Below, in pieces: positions 35,256 to 47,270 of a DNA stretch of 64,000 nucleotides. A model generated the notes under the pieces. The model was not told the origin of the DNA. It ran no database searches and was given only the letters and a program-made list of their open reading frames with translations. The stretch is taken from assembly GCA_010093705.1 (NCBI GenBank), contig MU006097.1:906715-970714 (forward strand), in the 5' to 3' direction. The DNA is from Patellaria atrata CBS 101060. Its lineage: Eukaryota. How positions within the stretch are numbered: the first letter of the stretch is position 1; every line of letters starts with the position of its first letter. A program made the translations under genes and the position numbers.

Positions 35256-36191
35256 TTATTGTGATGAGCCACCGGAGATGGTAATCACTTGTCCTGTAGG
35301 AATTTGTTAGTCGAACGAAGAGGAGAATCAATACCCCGAAGAAGGAACTGACCATTCACCCATCCACCATCGGCCGAACTCAAGAACGCTACTACGCGCG
35401 CCACGTCTTCTGGTTCCGCACAACGACCCAGTGGGCAATGATCTGCCATCATCTTCTCAATCTGAGAACCCGGAATATCGGGAGTCCCTCCTGGAATGTA
35501 ATGCCAGGCGTTTTGTGTAAACATATCACTCTTGATCCCACCAGGTGCAACGCCATTCACCGTAATACCTCTTTTGCCGAAATCTGTGGCGAACGACTTG
35601 ATCATCCCAATAACAGCCATTTTGGAAGCATTGTACAGTGCGTGGTCTTTAACACCGAGCAATCCAGCGGCAATTGACGACATTAAGATGATGCGTCCGT
35701 TATTCTCAATGTTCTTGTATGCAGCTTGCCCCACAAAGAATTGGGCCCGCGCATTCAGGTTGAAGACATGATCGTACTTCTCCTCCGTGATCTCTTCCGT
35801 CTTATCCCAGCTCTCTGTGCCAGAGTTGCTCATCACAATATCGATCTTCCCGAACGCCTCCTTCGCTTCCCCGAATAGTCTGTTGATCTCACCCACTTTG
35901 GAGACATCTGCTTGAATGCTTACTGCTTTAGCGCCGTTGTCGAATGATTCGATGATCTTGCAGACTTCGTCGGCAGACTCTTTGCTATTAGCGTAGTTGA
36001 CGATGACGGAGGCACCGCGTTTTCCGAGCTCAATTGCGCAACCTCTTCCGATACCTCGACCGGCACCTAGTCCATATGTCTATTAGCGGTAGATCAATCT
36101 TTGGTAGTACTATGGCCTGTCACAAGTTGAACATACCTGTTATTAGGGCTACCTTCCCTTCCAGACTAGCGGTTGGTACGGCGAGAACCAT
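35256..36191 (-). CDS. arp2: 1,3,6,8-tetrahydroxynaphthalene reductase-type SDR (DHN-melanin pathway; 4HNR/Arp2/Brn2-like); exons 36191-36137, 36066-35353, 35293-35256
   Basis: GKVALITGAGRGIG, VNYANS, DIVMSNSG, AQFFV, HALYNASK, VAPGGIKSDMF...WHYIPG; ends QVITISGGSSQ*, unlike the DGGACM ending of 3HNR. Confidence 0.85.
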
Positions 36192-37084
36192 TTCAGATGA
36201 CACTGAGGAACCTATTTTGCTATTAAATATTAGCATCTGTTTTTCTTATAACTAATATGTTTACTAACACTAATGGGTGATATGTCTATTTGCAAAGTCA
36301 ATAGCAGCGATACAGGTCGAGGGGGCGAGAGCAACAGGAGAGGATATGGCAATAAGTAAATTGAGTGTCTGACGACGTCTTTTATTACTATATAACTACA
36401 TAAACCATCCCTTCAATACCTTCACCCGTAGAGCAATCCATTCCCGGAGATGTGAGGGGAGCCGAGCACCGACGATGGCACCCCACAAAACGGCGATACT
36501 TTTAGAACAGGATCAGGTACAGGAAGTAGATGTTGCTCCCGGATGAAGATGCAGCCGAAAATAGAGGTAGTGAAATGGGAATTGTTGAATATGCACATGA
36601 CCTAGGGGTCGAGATGGTGAGTATGGAGAAGGAGGGGTTATATAGAGGGCAGACCGATGACGACGCTGGTGATGCTATTGGAAAATTTCAGCTTTCTGAT
36701 CAGTGGCTCTATATCTCAGTGAAGTTTAGAATTTGCATTTACTACTTGTAGACATTCGAAGAATTAAGAATTTCGAGTCCTCCCTTCATCAGGTATGTAT
36801 TATCGACGCCTGCCAGCGGTACCTGCATATTCTGGGCGAAGTGTTGTGAGATTGCAGATCCGTTCCCGGCATTGCTAGCGTCATTGTTGTTTCCGGCATG
36901 TTTCGGCTGAAGCTCATCGGGCCGTCAATTCGTGCCGGCGATTATCGGCTTTCATTCTACACCTCACCTCCACGCCTCATGTACCTTAGCACCACCACAG
37001 CCACACACCTGTGGCACGACAGTTTTGCCCACGCTAATAGTGGGAAACTCCTTTGAGAACGTACAACTGCCCACTAGGTTTATC

Positions 37085-38192
37085 ATGCATATTCTGGTAA
37101 GATCAATTACTATGCCTTACTCTTGAACTTGCTCTCTAATAAGGCGAACAGGTAGTGAATGACGATGGACCTCCTTCCCAGCAATCCTCTCCCTACATCC
37201 ACTCCCTCATCTCCACATTACAAAAAGCTGGCCACAAGGTCTCTGTGGTCCTCCCACATACACAAAGATCATGGATTGCGAAAGCACATCTAGTAGGCCA
37301 TAACATCAGACCCACATACTTCCGCCCCGGTACACTGCATAAGGATGATGGTGTAACATCAGAAACACCGTTACCCCTGGACTCTGACATAGAAGAATGG
37401 ATTCTTGTAGACAGTACACCCGCAAGTTGCGTTCAGATAGGTCTATATCACTACTTCCAGAGCAGAGGGCCCGTAGATCTTGTCGTTAGCGGACCTAATT
37501 ACGGTAGGAACACCACTGCCGTCTTCTCCTTATCATCAGGTACACTTGGTGGGGCGCTGGAAGCAGCGGTTTGTAACCACAAAGCCATTGCGCTTTCGTA
37601 CGCTTTCTTCGATCGAAATCACGACCCCGATATCATTAAAGGCGCTTCAGACCTCTCAGTGAAGTTGATAGAACATCTATACAAGATATGGGATCCTAAG
37701 GTGTCCCTCTATTCTGTTAACGTTCCGCTCGTAGAAGGTGTGGGCGAACGGAAAGTGCTGTGGACCCAGATGTTACAGAATGCGTGGAGTAGCGGCAGTT
37801 GCTTCCAGGAGATTGCGGTACCAGAGGAGGAGGATCAAGGGCCGAAAGAAGCCGAGGCAGAGATCAGGAGCGCAGAGGCTAGAGGGACAGAGACTGAGAA
37901 TGAGCATATAAGATATACTCATAAGCATTTCAAGTGGGCGCCTAGGTTCAATGATGTCTATGAGAGTGTGAAGAAAAGCCAACCGGGGAATGATGGTTGG
38001 GCGGTCCAGGAGAAATACACCAGGTATGTCAATCGCTTATCTTATTCTCTCGACACTATCTTTATCCTATTATACCACACTCTTCGGGTCTACACAGATT
38101 TATTTCGGAATACTTACAATTAGCATAGTGTTACGCCGCTTGTGGCAAATTTCATGCATGTCAGCGGTTATGAAGGTGAAATAAGATTGTAA
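37085..38192 (+). CDS. surE: SurE-family 5'/3'-nucleotidase (related to the Pby1 N-terminal domain; no TTL domain); exons 37085-37096, 37152-38023, 38129-38192
   Basis: MHIL|VVNDDGPP, QRSWIAK, TPASCVQIG, DLVVSGPNYGRN, SGTLGGALEA; last exon SVTPLVANF...GEIRL*. Confidence 0.9.
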
Positions 38193-38879
38193 ACGCAAGT
38201 TCGACTCGACATCGTAGGGATATGCGTCATGACCATGATATGATTCACGAATGCTGTTATGGGGACACGACACATAGACCTGCATCTTCCTCGCATAGGG
38301 TATGAATCCCCTTTCAACATCAGATCCGGTATACATTCTTCGGTCTTCTTAGAACTATCGCTTAGAATGGATATTTTTATGAACTCAAAAGAGCTATCTC
38401 CCCAAATCTCATCTTTCTGTTTGGACAACTCTGAACTATTTCAAGCCAACTCCATTGCATCCTTTCTTCGGAGAACCATATCTTGAATCCAAGCATTGAA
38501 TCAACAATAACATTTCATGTAGCTGGTCTTGTGTCTGAGCAAAGAAATTTTACTTAATTCCTACGAGTTGACTCTCCGTATCTCGAAACAATGTGAATAA
38601 TGTGTTCATCCTCTTTCTATTTCCACCTCGCGGAGGTCCTCATTAACATTTCAAGTATACACTTATTGTTTTGCCACTCTCTATTCCAAACTAGACGAAT
38701 ATCATCAAATATGACATTCACATATTAAGTCACCACATGACCCCTCTCCTCTCCTTCCTAGACCCGGCCACCGCGCGTGAGCTTTATGTCTTCGAATATC
38801 TCGAGATTCTCACTTTCTTATTCTTCTATTCCAAATCTATTATCGAGTATACCACCCAAAAAAGTATTGATACCATAAC

Positions 38880-40697
38880 ATGGATTATATAACGTCAGTG
38901 ACCCCTTACCCCTTCTGCAACTACGTCCATGCTCAGTAATATATAGTCATACAGCATACGACGGCACGAAACGCATTGTGCCAGGCCTAAAGATCGATGG
39001 ACCAGATGCGGGAACTCTAATCTTACTCTCTACGCGTACTGAGGATCATCTCCTTATAGATCGGTCGTACATCCAAGAAGCGTGGTGGTGTTGTATTCCT
39101 AGAACTCGACACCCAGTACCAAACAATGTACGCATCATTATGAGGCTGGCCCTTGTGGGTACCGCCAACAATTTGGCTTATGTTCTAACTCCCGCGGTAA
39201 GTACACACATGGTATAATTCATAGTACACTAAGGCCAAGTATTGATATAATGTATAGTTCCACCGCGTTCCAGCTATCCATAGCTCTGCGAACGAATACC
39301 AGATCCCGAAGTTCTTCTTGAGCCACCAAGCTGCGAAGTCAGGCTTAGGCCGACGCCAGAGCAGTGAGGTTGATACCCTTCCATATCATGAGCTGTACAT
39401 ACGGTCAATCGTCGAACATAAGATCTTATTCGCGCTGATCTGCGATTTCGACCTCAACCTCAAGGACAACCCAATCGACTTGTTCTCCGAATGTATTGCC
39501 AACATCGCCGCGTACGCTGATCTGTACAACCTTCTTCAGCCCCTGAAGTCCAAGCTTGCTAACCACCTACTGGCTCATCCGGAAATATGGAACGACCTTA
39601 TTAAGGAACCCCTTTTCTACCTCTACCTCTCAATCCTCCTCAAGTCAGAGCAATTGTACACCCTAGCGCTCACACACGCGATAATCTCACACGATGCCAC
39701 CGCTTTCACCCCCGGTCCTACGAATCCCACACTGCCCGACGAGGTAGAGTGTCTCATCCTCTCGAAGCAGAACGAGATACTGGAGCTTCGAGCCCACACA
39801 TCAACGGCACTAGCAAAGTTCGTCAAGGAATCCCACGTCGTGGCAATCAAACCAGAGTGGGACGCCCGCACAATCTCCCACAAGAAGCGTCTCCGCGGCG
39901 TCGCCCTCGCCATTCTCCAGTCCTGGCTTCTCAACCAAACCCAGGATCCAAAGTACAGCCACTCCCTCCAACAGAGCCTCTTGGACTCCTACGATAGACA
40001 ACTCGCGCAAGACGCGCAGCCGCAATCCGAACTGCCCCCGGATCCCATGACGCCGAGCAAGCAGAAGAAGCGGAAGAGGGATCACGGTACGGGGACGCCA
40101 AAGAGGACGAAATTAGCCAAGAGATGGACTTTGAATCTGCCTCATAAGCGTAACTCCGATGTCGCCAGACCCGCGCCCGAGTCTAAATCGGGGGTTACGC
40201 CTCCACCTATCCCTCTCGTCGGGCCGGTCGTCCTGCTCGAGCTGTTAAATGCTTTACCGAAGACGCTCCCGTTTCAGGTCAACGGCCGGAAAGACGCGAG
40301 TATGACGCTTCATGGCGTTGAGCTGCCACAGCTTCTAGATGATATCATTGCTGTTCGGAAGGATGTTGAGGGGACTTTAAGTGATAAAGCCGTCAAGAAG
40401 GAGGTCATGGAGCTTTGGACGGGGGTGGTAAATGCTTGTCAAGGGCTGTCTTCCGCGAATGTTGGAGTAGTGGACACGAAGCAAGAGGGGTTTCCGTGGG
40501 AAGAGGAGTCGGTCGGGGAGGAGTTGGTGGAGGTGGAGGTAAAGGCGGAAGCGGAAGAAGTGGCGACAAGTGAAAATGGGGAGTTGGTGAGGGCGAGAGA
40601 AGATCAGGATGTAGAGAATGGAGAGGAGAAGTCTTTGGTATTAAAGCTGAGGGGATTGAAGGGGATTGGAGATACCACGGAGAAGGTCGAGGGATAA
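38880..40697 (+). CDS. Hypothetical protein with a fungal BTB/POZ-like helical region and a basic NLS-like segment; exons 38880-38893, 38947-39196, 39258-40697
   Basis: Two GT-AG introns join the 38978 and 39318 ORFs in frame. IAAYADLY...LAHPEIW...KEPLFYLYLSILLKSEQLYTLALTH resembles fungal BTB-associated helices. Basic segment KQKKRKR. Confidence 0.65.
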
Positions 40698-40932
40698 TGA
40701 GTGAGGGTGCTTGATGTTGTCTTGGTCTGCCGGAATTGTGAATTGTGGGAGTCGTGGTGTAATCGGGTGTATATCATATGGAGCATGAGTTGATATGGTA
40801 ATCTTGTTTATGGGGCGGTAAGTCTAATAGAACATGTCATTTCGGGGTCTCTAGCTAGTATTCATAATATCACAATCCACCATAGCCTCATCAAAGCATA
40901 ATATTGAGCACACGTCCCAAATGCCTTCAGCT

Positions 40933-42945
40933 CTACCCCTCTAAATTCAATCTCCTAACGCCTTCCTCAACCCTTCCGATCACATCCTCCAAAACACCGA
41001 CTTCACCCAAACCCCACTGCGCACCTTCTTCCCCTTCCTCGTCGAACAACTCTCCCCCCTCCTTTAATGCCTTACTAAACTTTCCAACTGCCTCCTTCAG
41101 CGGTCCCAGAAACGAACCTCCGACATCCGCATCTTTATGAAGCGCTGGAATATCTAGAACTTGGTGCAACGGTACCGCAGTTAGAAGCAGATAGTAGAAA
41201 TTCAAGGCCGTGAGGTAGAACGATATATTCGTCTTCAGGTACACCCACGACTCAGACAAAGGAGCCGCAGTTGAGAATGGGGTCACGAGGGAGGGAAAGA
41301 TGAATGGAGAGACGGTAGATAGAGCGAGCGGGGTGGAGAAGACAGTGTGCTCTTCTTCAGCTCCCGCGTGGTCATACCGATGTCCCGAGCGTTGAGCTTT
41401 CTGCAAAGTGGTGATATTGGCTTCAATGGTTTCACCCTTGAGCCAACCGACTGCACTCGCTTTGAGGTTCTCGTAGGGCGCGTGCTCGAGGGTGTCACGG
41501 ATAAAGGAGAGACGGACTACGTCGGATGGGTGGCTGCGGAGAACTGTGGAGGCTAGGTAGTGCGCGTTGTAGCGGATCGATGGAGATGGACTGTTTGCTG
41601 ATATAAGGCAGATGGTTTGTAGATACTGGAGAAATTGCTCATCGTCCTCGGGCGTGCCGACATCGTTCATTTCCAGCGCTATTAAACCGAGTGCGAGAAG
41701 AGTGTCGACAAGAGCATCGGGTTCAATGCTAACAGCAGAAGCGTTTGGAAGGAAAGTGTTGAGAATGAATGCGTGATCGGGGAATATTGGAACAGTATCT
41801 GTGTCTCTAGGTATCTCGTAAAGTAGTTCAGACACTTTGTGCGCTGTTATCAAGTACAACGCCCCTATTTTGGAAAGGGGTATATCCTCAGCAGATGACG
41901 GAGGCTCTTCCTCTTCCGCTCCAGTAGTTGTACTCTCTATGTGACTATTGATGATAGCGTCAAATAGATCTGAAGACTTGATTTCTAGGTCCCGTGCGAG
42001 TGCCAGGATCTGACCTACAGCCGAACCCCTACCTTGCAATTCTTCGTCTTCCGTAAATCTTTCCCCTAAGGTTTGCCTACCCGGAACATTCTTGGACGGA
42101 TTGATTTTCTCCAGTAGCCTGCTTGACCACGACAGTCCCGTAACATCATCTGTTGAGGATAAAGAGTTCATATACTCTTCCATGACATGGGTTATTAGCG
42201 ATTGAAAGAGTCGCCTTTGTAACGCAGCTTCATCTGCTGACGGCGCTTCGGATGACGCTTCAGGATCCGGTGCAGCCCTTGGCTTAGTCGCCGTTAAGAG
42301 ATTACCACTGCTCTTTCTAGGTGGTAGATGAGGTCTTTGGGTTCCGGTGAGTGTCTTGATCAACTTAATGATCGCAGCTGTTCGTTCTTCCGTGTGAATC
42401 CCGCTTCGGGCGTAGCATACCAGTACGGCCTGCAGAGAAGTCGAGAGGAAGCGACTCGGATACTTGGTCTTTATACGGGGATGCAAGATGGACAGCATGG
42501 ATAGCAGCGCTTTGAATTTGAGCACAGAAGCTGGCAACTTTGACTCTATCTCGGGTTGTTTGCTCCTGCTTCCGTCTCCATGTTCCTTTTCGTCTTGAGG
42601 CTTCTCCTCTGGTTCCTCATCTTCCACATCAAACTTCGTTTCGTCATCGTCTTCATCAATGAACCTTAGAGCTTCCGTAACTTTCAGTACTACCTCTCTC
42701 GGATTGCCTAGTCTAGCTATATCATTCAAACATGCCTCACTCTCCGGTAAGAACGGTAGTAGCAGATGCACTAGATCCCATCCAATATTTACAGTTAGTT
42801 CTTCATCCTGTAAAACCTTATGTAATATCGGGAGTGATTCGTGTGTGAGGTTGTACTCAATAAGAGTAAGGTAAGTGAGATAGTCCGTTGCTGGTGGTAA
42901 CGCCTCTAATAACGGATCCTTAATGAGTTCAGTCATGCTGGTCAT
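40933..42945 (-). CDS. YBP1: Yap1-binding protein / DUF1760 (ALF4/glomulin-like)
   Basis: Single-exon 670-aa ORF with LPPATDYLTYLTLIEYNL, IGWDLVHLL, IARLGNPREVVLKV, RIKTKYPSRFLST, ENLKASAVGWLK. Confidence 0.8.
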   Translation of the reverse strand: MTSMTELIKDPLLEALPPATDYLTYLTLIEYNLTHESLPILHKVLQDEELTVNIGWDLVHLLLPFLPESEACLNDIARLGNPREVVLKVTEALRFIDEDDDETKFDVEDEEPEEKPQDEKEHGDGSRSKQPEIESKLPASVLKFKALLSMLSILHPRIKTKYPSRFLSTSLQAVLVCYARSGIHTEERTAAIIKLIKTLTGTQRPHLPPRKSSGNLLTATKPRAAPDPEASSEAPSADEAALQRRLFQSLITHVMEEYMNSLSSTDDVTGLSWSSRLLEKINPSKNVPGRQTLGERFTEDEELQGRGSAVGQILALARDLEIKSSDLFDAIINSHIESTTTGAEEEEPPSSAEDIPLSKIGALYLITAHKVSELLYEIPRDTDTVPIFPDHAFILNTFLPNASAVSIEPDALVDTLLALGLIALEMNDVGTPEDDEQFLQYLQTICLISANSPSPSIRYNAHYLASTVLRSHPSDVVRLSFIRDTLEHAPYENLKASAVGWLKGETIEANITTLQKAQRSGHRYDHAGAEEEHTVFSTPLALSTVSPFIFPSLVTPFSTAAPLSESWVYLKTNISFYLTALNFYYLLLTAVPLHQVLDIPALHKDADVGGSFLGPLKEAVGKFSKALKEGGELFDEEGEEGAQWGLGEVGVLEDVIGRVEEGVRRLNLEG

Positions 42946-43473
42946 TTTTGAAATGTGGGTAAAAGTGCTAGGAGGGTTATGTGTCTGTATACTTGTTTAT
43001 ATACCTGTGTTGGAGCTCGAGGGTTGCTGGGGTCGAAGTTCGTTGCCGCTACGACGGCTTGGAGAACGTCATTCAGCTGCGCCTAGAGTGGAAGGTCTGT
43101 AAGGACAGCGTACATCACGTGTTTTGCAACTGAGCGGAACGTTGAAAGCTACAATACATAGAACGTTGTTACTCTTGTAAGCTCTCTGGATCCTCACGGG
43201 TGAAGGCCTAAGACTATCGTATGGTGAACAAAACAAAGAGAGCACCTCCGTACATCGGGCCGGACAGAAAAGATCCCGAGACACATGCCCAATACATTTT
43301 TACATTCGGGTAGAACGACATTGCCGTCCAGGACAAACATATTACACAGCTGCGGTTCAGAATTATCTTTAGCTTTGACGCCATCTACACAATACTATAC
43401 AACTTATCATACTACGTTCACTGTAGTCTCTCCGTCCCTGTACGGTTCCCACCCCTATTCGTACAAACGCCTA

Positions 43474-45759
43474 TTAGATTCCCAGAGCATTCGTCACTCG
43501 ACTTCCTATTTTTTTAGGATTTCGGTTTCGGCTGTACGCATCCTCAAAGTGCGTACCCGTCATTTTCATATATTTCTCCGCCTCGATTTTGACTTTCCGT
43601 TCGAGCTGAGAGACAATCTCCTCGTTCCCACGTAGTGTAAAGTACAACCACCCGCCCGTTGTCTCATAGGCTATCCGAGCAGGCGCGAATCTCTCGAAGG
43701 TGCGAACCAAATTCGGTACCATTTCCCTCTCCCACGAGAATCCTACACCCCTTAGCCATACCTTTTTTTGTGATCGATTATCCCCTAACGACAAAAAAAG
43801 TTTGAACCACTCCCGCATCTCGTGTTCAGCATAACGTCTCTCTAATCCTAATGCATCTTGTCTGCGTTCAAGAATCAGGATCGGTGTAGCAGGCACAATA
43901 CCGCGGCGGACTTCAGCCCTTGCTTTCTCGATGGCGGCCATCGCTTTGTTGTTTTCCTTCCATATCTTCTCCTGAAATACTTTAATAGCTTCTTCAAAGT
44001 ACCCCATCAGCTTAGCAGGATCCTCCAGGCGGTAGGCATTTCTGAAGAGTAAGGTGTACATCCAGAAAGTTGGTTGAATATTATAGGGCTCTGCTTGCAT
44101 CGTCCTGAATAATCTCTCAGGGCTGCGGAAGGGCAGTCTTCCATTAACGCCTTTGGGAAGTTTGCGCCTCGAAAGCGCATAAGTCCAACGGAACAATTCT
44201 TCCCATGTGTTGAGCGAGATTGGTAAGGAATATCTGCGAGAGATGGAATCTACAATGCGGAGAGCGGTTGGTACATCGTTGTTAATCCCGAAGCAGTGTG
44301 CAACGATCCGCAACAATTCTTCGTCAGGATATACTGGAGAAGTCGGATTGATACTGCTAACGAAATGTTCATCAACAGATATGCCATCCATGATGGCATC
44401 CACGTCAATACCCCATACCCTCGTAAGTATATCCTTGACTCCTGGTAGATCTGCTTCCCTCGCCATTGCTATCATCAGGAAATAATATGATTCTTTGTCC
44501 GGCGAGATGCCGTGGGATGCCATATCCCGGTGGATCTCTAAAGCTTCCTCTTTGATACCGCCATAACCAATGGTATACATCCTCGTGAATGACACACAAT
44601 TCAATTGACTAGGATCATGTGCTGCAAGGTGCCGCGGCGCGATTCTGACAGATCTTCTATAGTGCCCATATTTGTTCCAAACCAGAGCCGAAAGTGAATG
44701 ATTGAAACATTCAAGATCCCGTTTTACATTCCTAGCCGCCATTTCCCTTGATATTTTTTTGGCTAGTTCTCCCTCCCCCATTATAGCTGTATAGTGTAGT
44801 ATAGGCTTATATACCCCAACTGGAAGTCCCGCGCCTGCGGCGAGTCGAATATTCACTAGACGGTAGAAAGGGACAACTTGTTGCTCCGAAATATCCGCAA
44901 GGGTTGTGCCATCTACCGCGCCGTAGCATCTCCCAGGCCCAGGCCTGTATTTCAGATGAATATCTCTAATATCTTTAAATAACAGCGTTGAACCCAGTAG
45001 CTTCAGAATGGTTATGAATTTGTTACTAGGGAGACTTTGTATGTAGGATACGTGGTCCTGAACTGATCGGAGTGCTCGAAGCAATCGTCCGGGATCTCCT
45101 TTAGCCACCGCATGGTTTATCTCTGTCCTGAATGTGACTTCGTCCATTGATGGTGATTCACCGTCGCGGAGATTACTCCTGAGAACTCTTAATCGTTTTA
45201 GATCCTTAGATAGGTCATTCACCTGCCAGGTGGGGTGGTGGTGAGGAAAAATTTTTCTTTGCTCGTTTATAAGGTCGAGTTCGGACTTGATGAGCGACTT
45301 TTGTTCCCATGTTTCTTCGTCTCTCCTTGGTCTTACGCTCTCCGGCTGTACAGCAGCTTCAAAACCATTTTGACGGCTCCATTTCATATAGCGTACCAAT
45401 CGTTGGCTATTCCTTGTGCGCTGAACCCGATATCTTCCTTCTGACACCTTTTGAATATTCTTCGTTGCTTGTCCATTAGACTTTGCTGCTAGCTCCAAAT
45501 CTTGGATGTGGTTGCTATTATTATCGTCTACGAAGGTACTAATCGGTTCAAACTTCTCGGTTTTCACCTCAGGGTGTTGTGCGGTCCTGTTTTCTTGTGC
45601 GGTACACGACTCCGATATAAAAGTGCGGATATTCCATGGTGGCGCGTCTTGTGCGCGACACCCAGGGCAAATCCAGGTCTTAGGCCCGTTCCTCCGAAAT
45701 CGAGACACGGAATTTAAACGGGAGCTGGATAACGACAGAGCACCGAGAGAGCAATTCAT
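43474..45759 (-). CDS. AEP2: Mitochondrial ATPase expression protein 2 (ATP13/Aep2-like PPR-type protein)
   Basis: R/S-rich presequence-like N-terminus; PPR-like repeats; ATP13-like segment ILTRVWGIDVD...YPDEELLRIVAHCFGINNDVPTALRIVDSISRRYSLPISLNTWEELFRW. Confidence 0.78.
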   Translation of the reverse strand: MNCSLGALSLSSSRLNSVSRFRRNGPKTWICPGCRAQDAPPWNIRTFISESCTAQENRTAQHPEVKTEKFEPISTFVDDNNSNHIQDLELAAKSNGQATKNIQKVSEGRYRVQRTRNSQRLVRYMKWSRQNGFEAAVQPESVRPRRDEETWEQKSLIKSELDLINEQRKIFPHHHPTWQVNDLSKDLKRLRVLRSNLRDGESPSMDEVTFRTEINHAVAKGDPGRLLRALRSVQDHVSYIQSLPSNKFITILKLLGSTLLFKDIRDIHLKYRPGPGRCYGAVDGTTLADISEQQVVPFYRLVNIRLAAGAGLPVGVYKPILHYTAIMGEGELAKKISREMAARNVKRDLECFNHSLSALVWNKYGHYRRSVRIAPRHLAAHDPSQLNCVSFTRMYTIGYGGIKEEALEIHRDMASHGISPDKESYYFLMIAMAREADLPGVKDILTRVWGIDVDAIMDGISVDEHFVSSINPTSPVYPDEELLRIVAHCFGINNDVPTALRIVDSISRRYSLPISLNTWEELFRWTYALSRRKLPKGVNGRLPFRSPERLFRTMQAEPYNIQPTFWMYTLLFRNAYRLEDPAKLMGYFEEAIKVFQEKIWKENNKAMAAIEKARAEVRRGIVPATPILILERRQDALGLERRYAEHEMREWFKLFLSLGDNRSQKKVWLRGVGFSWEREMVPNLVRTFERFAPARIAYETTGGWLYFTLRGNEEIVSQLERKVKIEAEKYMKMTGTHFEDAYSRNRNPKKIGSRVTNALGI

Positions 45760-45929
45760 ATGGATGGAAGTAAATGAGAAAGCAAAGTTGACTCGTTCGG
45801 CGCAACGTTTCGGCAAGGGAATCGCGCCAAGGCCGCTGCCCTAACCTCACTTTAGACTAAACATCGACGAATTTGTTTAACGAAAGGCATGCTTTATTCC
45901 ACTTCAACATTTACTTCAACGTACCGACC

Positions 45930-46387
45930 ATGGCTGATGCGGAAGAGGGTGCTGCTTCTGTTGGTGAACCGCTAGACCTTGTGCGGCTTTGCCTCGATGA
46001 GATTGTTTTCGTCAAGCTGCGCGGCGACCGCGAACTGAAAGGTCGTCTACACGTACGTGGCCTATGCGCATCTGACGGTGAACCAAAAGCTAACAGTATA
46101 TAGGCTTATGATAGTCATTGCAATCTCGTACTGGGGGATGTGGAAGAGACGATATACGTCGTCGACGAAGACGATGAGGAGGAGGAGACAGTCCGGGTTA
46201 GTCAGTCTTGGTTCAAAGGATATATCGTGTAAGGTACTGATTGTCGCAACAGACCGTTAAAAAGCAATCAGAGATGCTTTTCGTCAGAGGTGGGTTTTTA
46301 ATATTAGCCCACTTTGCTTTAAAGTGCAATCTGACAGAATTTATAGGAGACTCGGTTGTCCTAATCTCGCCACAAGCACCTTCATGA
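45930..46387 (+). CDS. LSM3: U6 snRNA-associated Sm-like protein Lsm3; exons 45930-46052, 46104-46196, 46253-46289, 46347-46387
   Basis: [45 protein letters not shown]...[15 protein letters not shown]. Confidence 0.97.
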
Positions 46388-47270
46388 CAGTTCATCTCTA
46401 GAAGTGAGATGGGACCAATTTGGCACGGTTGCTACAAGAAAAGATCTCGACAGTGAAAGAACAAAATTTCAGATATGCTAGGAGCTACCTGAGCATTTAG
46501 GAGCTAAAGGTCGTATCTAGATCCTCTTCAGCCAGGAAGACGTTTCTGAAAGAAACCACTATGAAGTAAATAGGATACGGTGGAGCATACTGAACAGGTT
46601 GGCATATGACAGCCCTCGTAGTCCCTTGGAGAGTGTAACGTCACGTCCAGTTCCAATACATCTAGCATATCTTCCTCGATAATATCAGAGTTGAATCTCT
46701 TCAATGAATGAGTTAGAAAAAGTGGTATTAAAACTGAAGTTTTCCGCTTTATATACTGAATTGTACCCCTATCCGCCAAATGATTATATTCTTCCGAATC
46801 AACGCCGCACAATGGACCGCTCAACTGCACTCCGCTCAAAAGAAACAGATACCATAGCAAAGAAATGTATGGCTTAAGATTAGGGATGTTTGTGTCGTTC
46901 CTTCGTGTCATCATCAAACCTCTAACCCTTTCCTCATTTAAATGTAAACACAATCAACGCCGGCTCGAAACCTGAAGCGTGATCTCTCAAAAGTAACCAA
47001 ACAAGGACCTGAATGGTCGAAATCAGGCTCGGAATTTGAAAATGAGCCCGAGAAAAAACGAGAAAATTGGAGTAAAATATCCCAGAAGAGCGGATGCCAT
47101 AGTCTAAGGGGGGGACGTGGTATGAGTGGAGAAGCATTTAGCAGTTGAGAGCATCCCAGTACGGTATTAAGATCTTCATGTTGTATCTGGTCTAATAAGA
47201 TATACCGATAACGGGTAATCCAAAAGATAACAGTCAGTTAATCAAGCAATATGTGCGACCGGCGCAGTGA

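Noticed and set aside
35256..36191. Secondary-metabolite (melanin) gene cluster
   Set aside because: Only the reductase is present; its neighbours are housekeeping genes.
38181..38192. C-terminal IRL of SurE as PTS1, and cryptic readthrough PTS1 in DAK1 or the reductase
   Set aside because: IRL is non-canonical; the stops lack the TGA-CTA readthrough context and the extensions do not end in SKL-like tripeptides.
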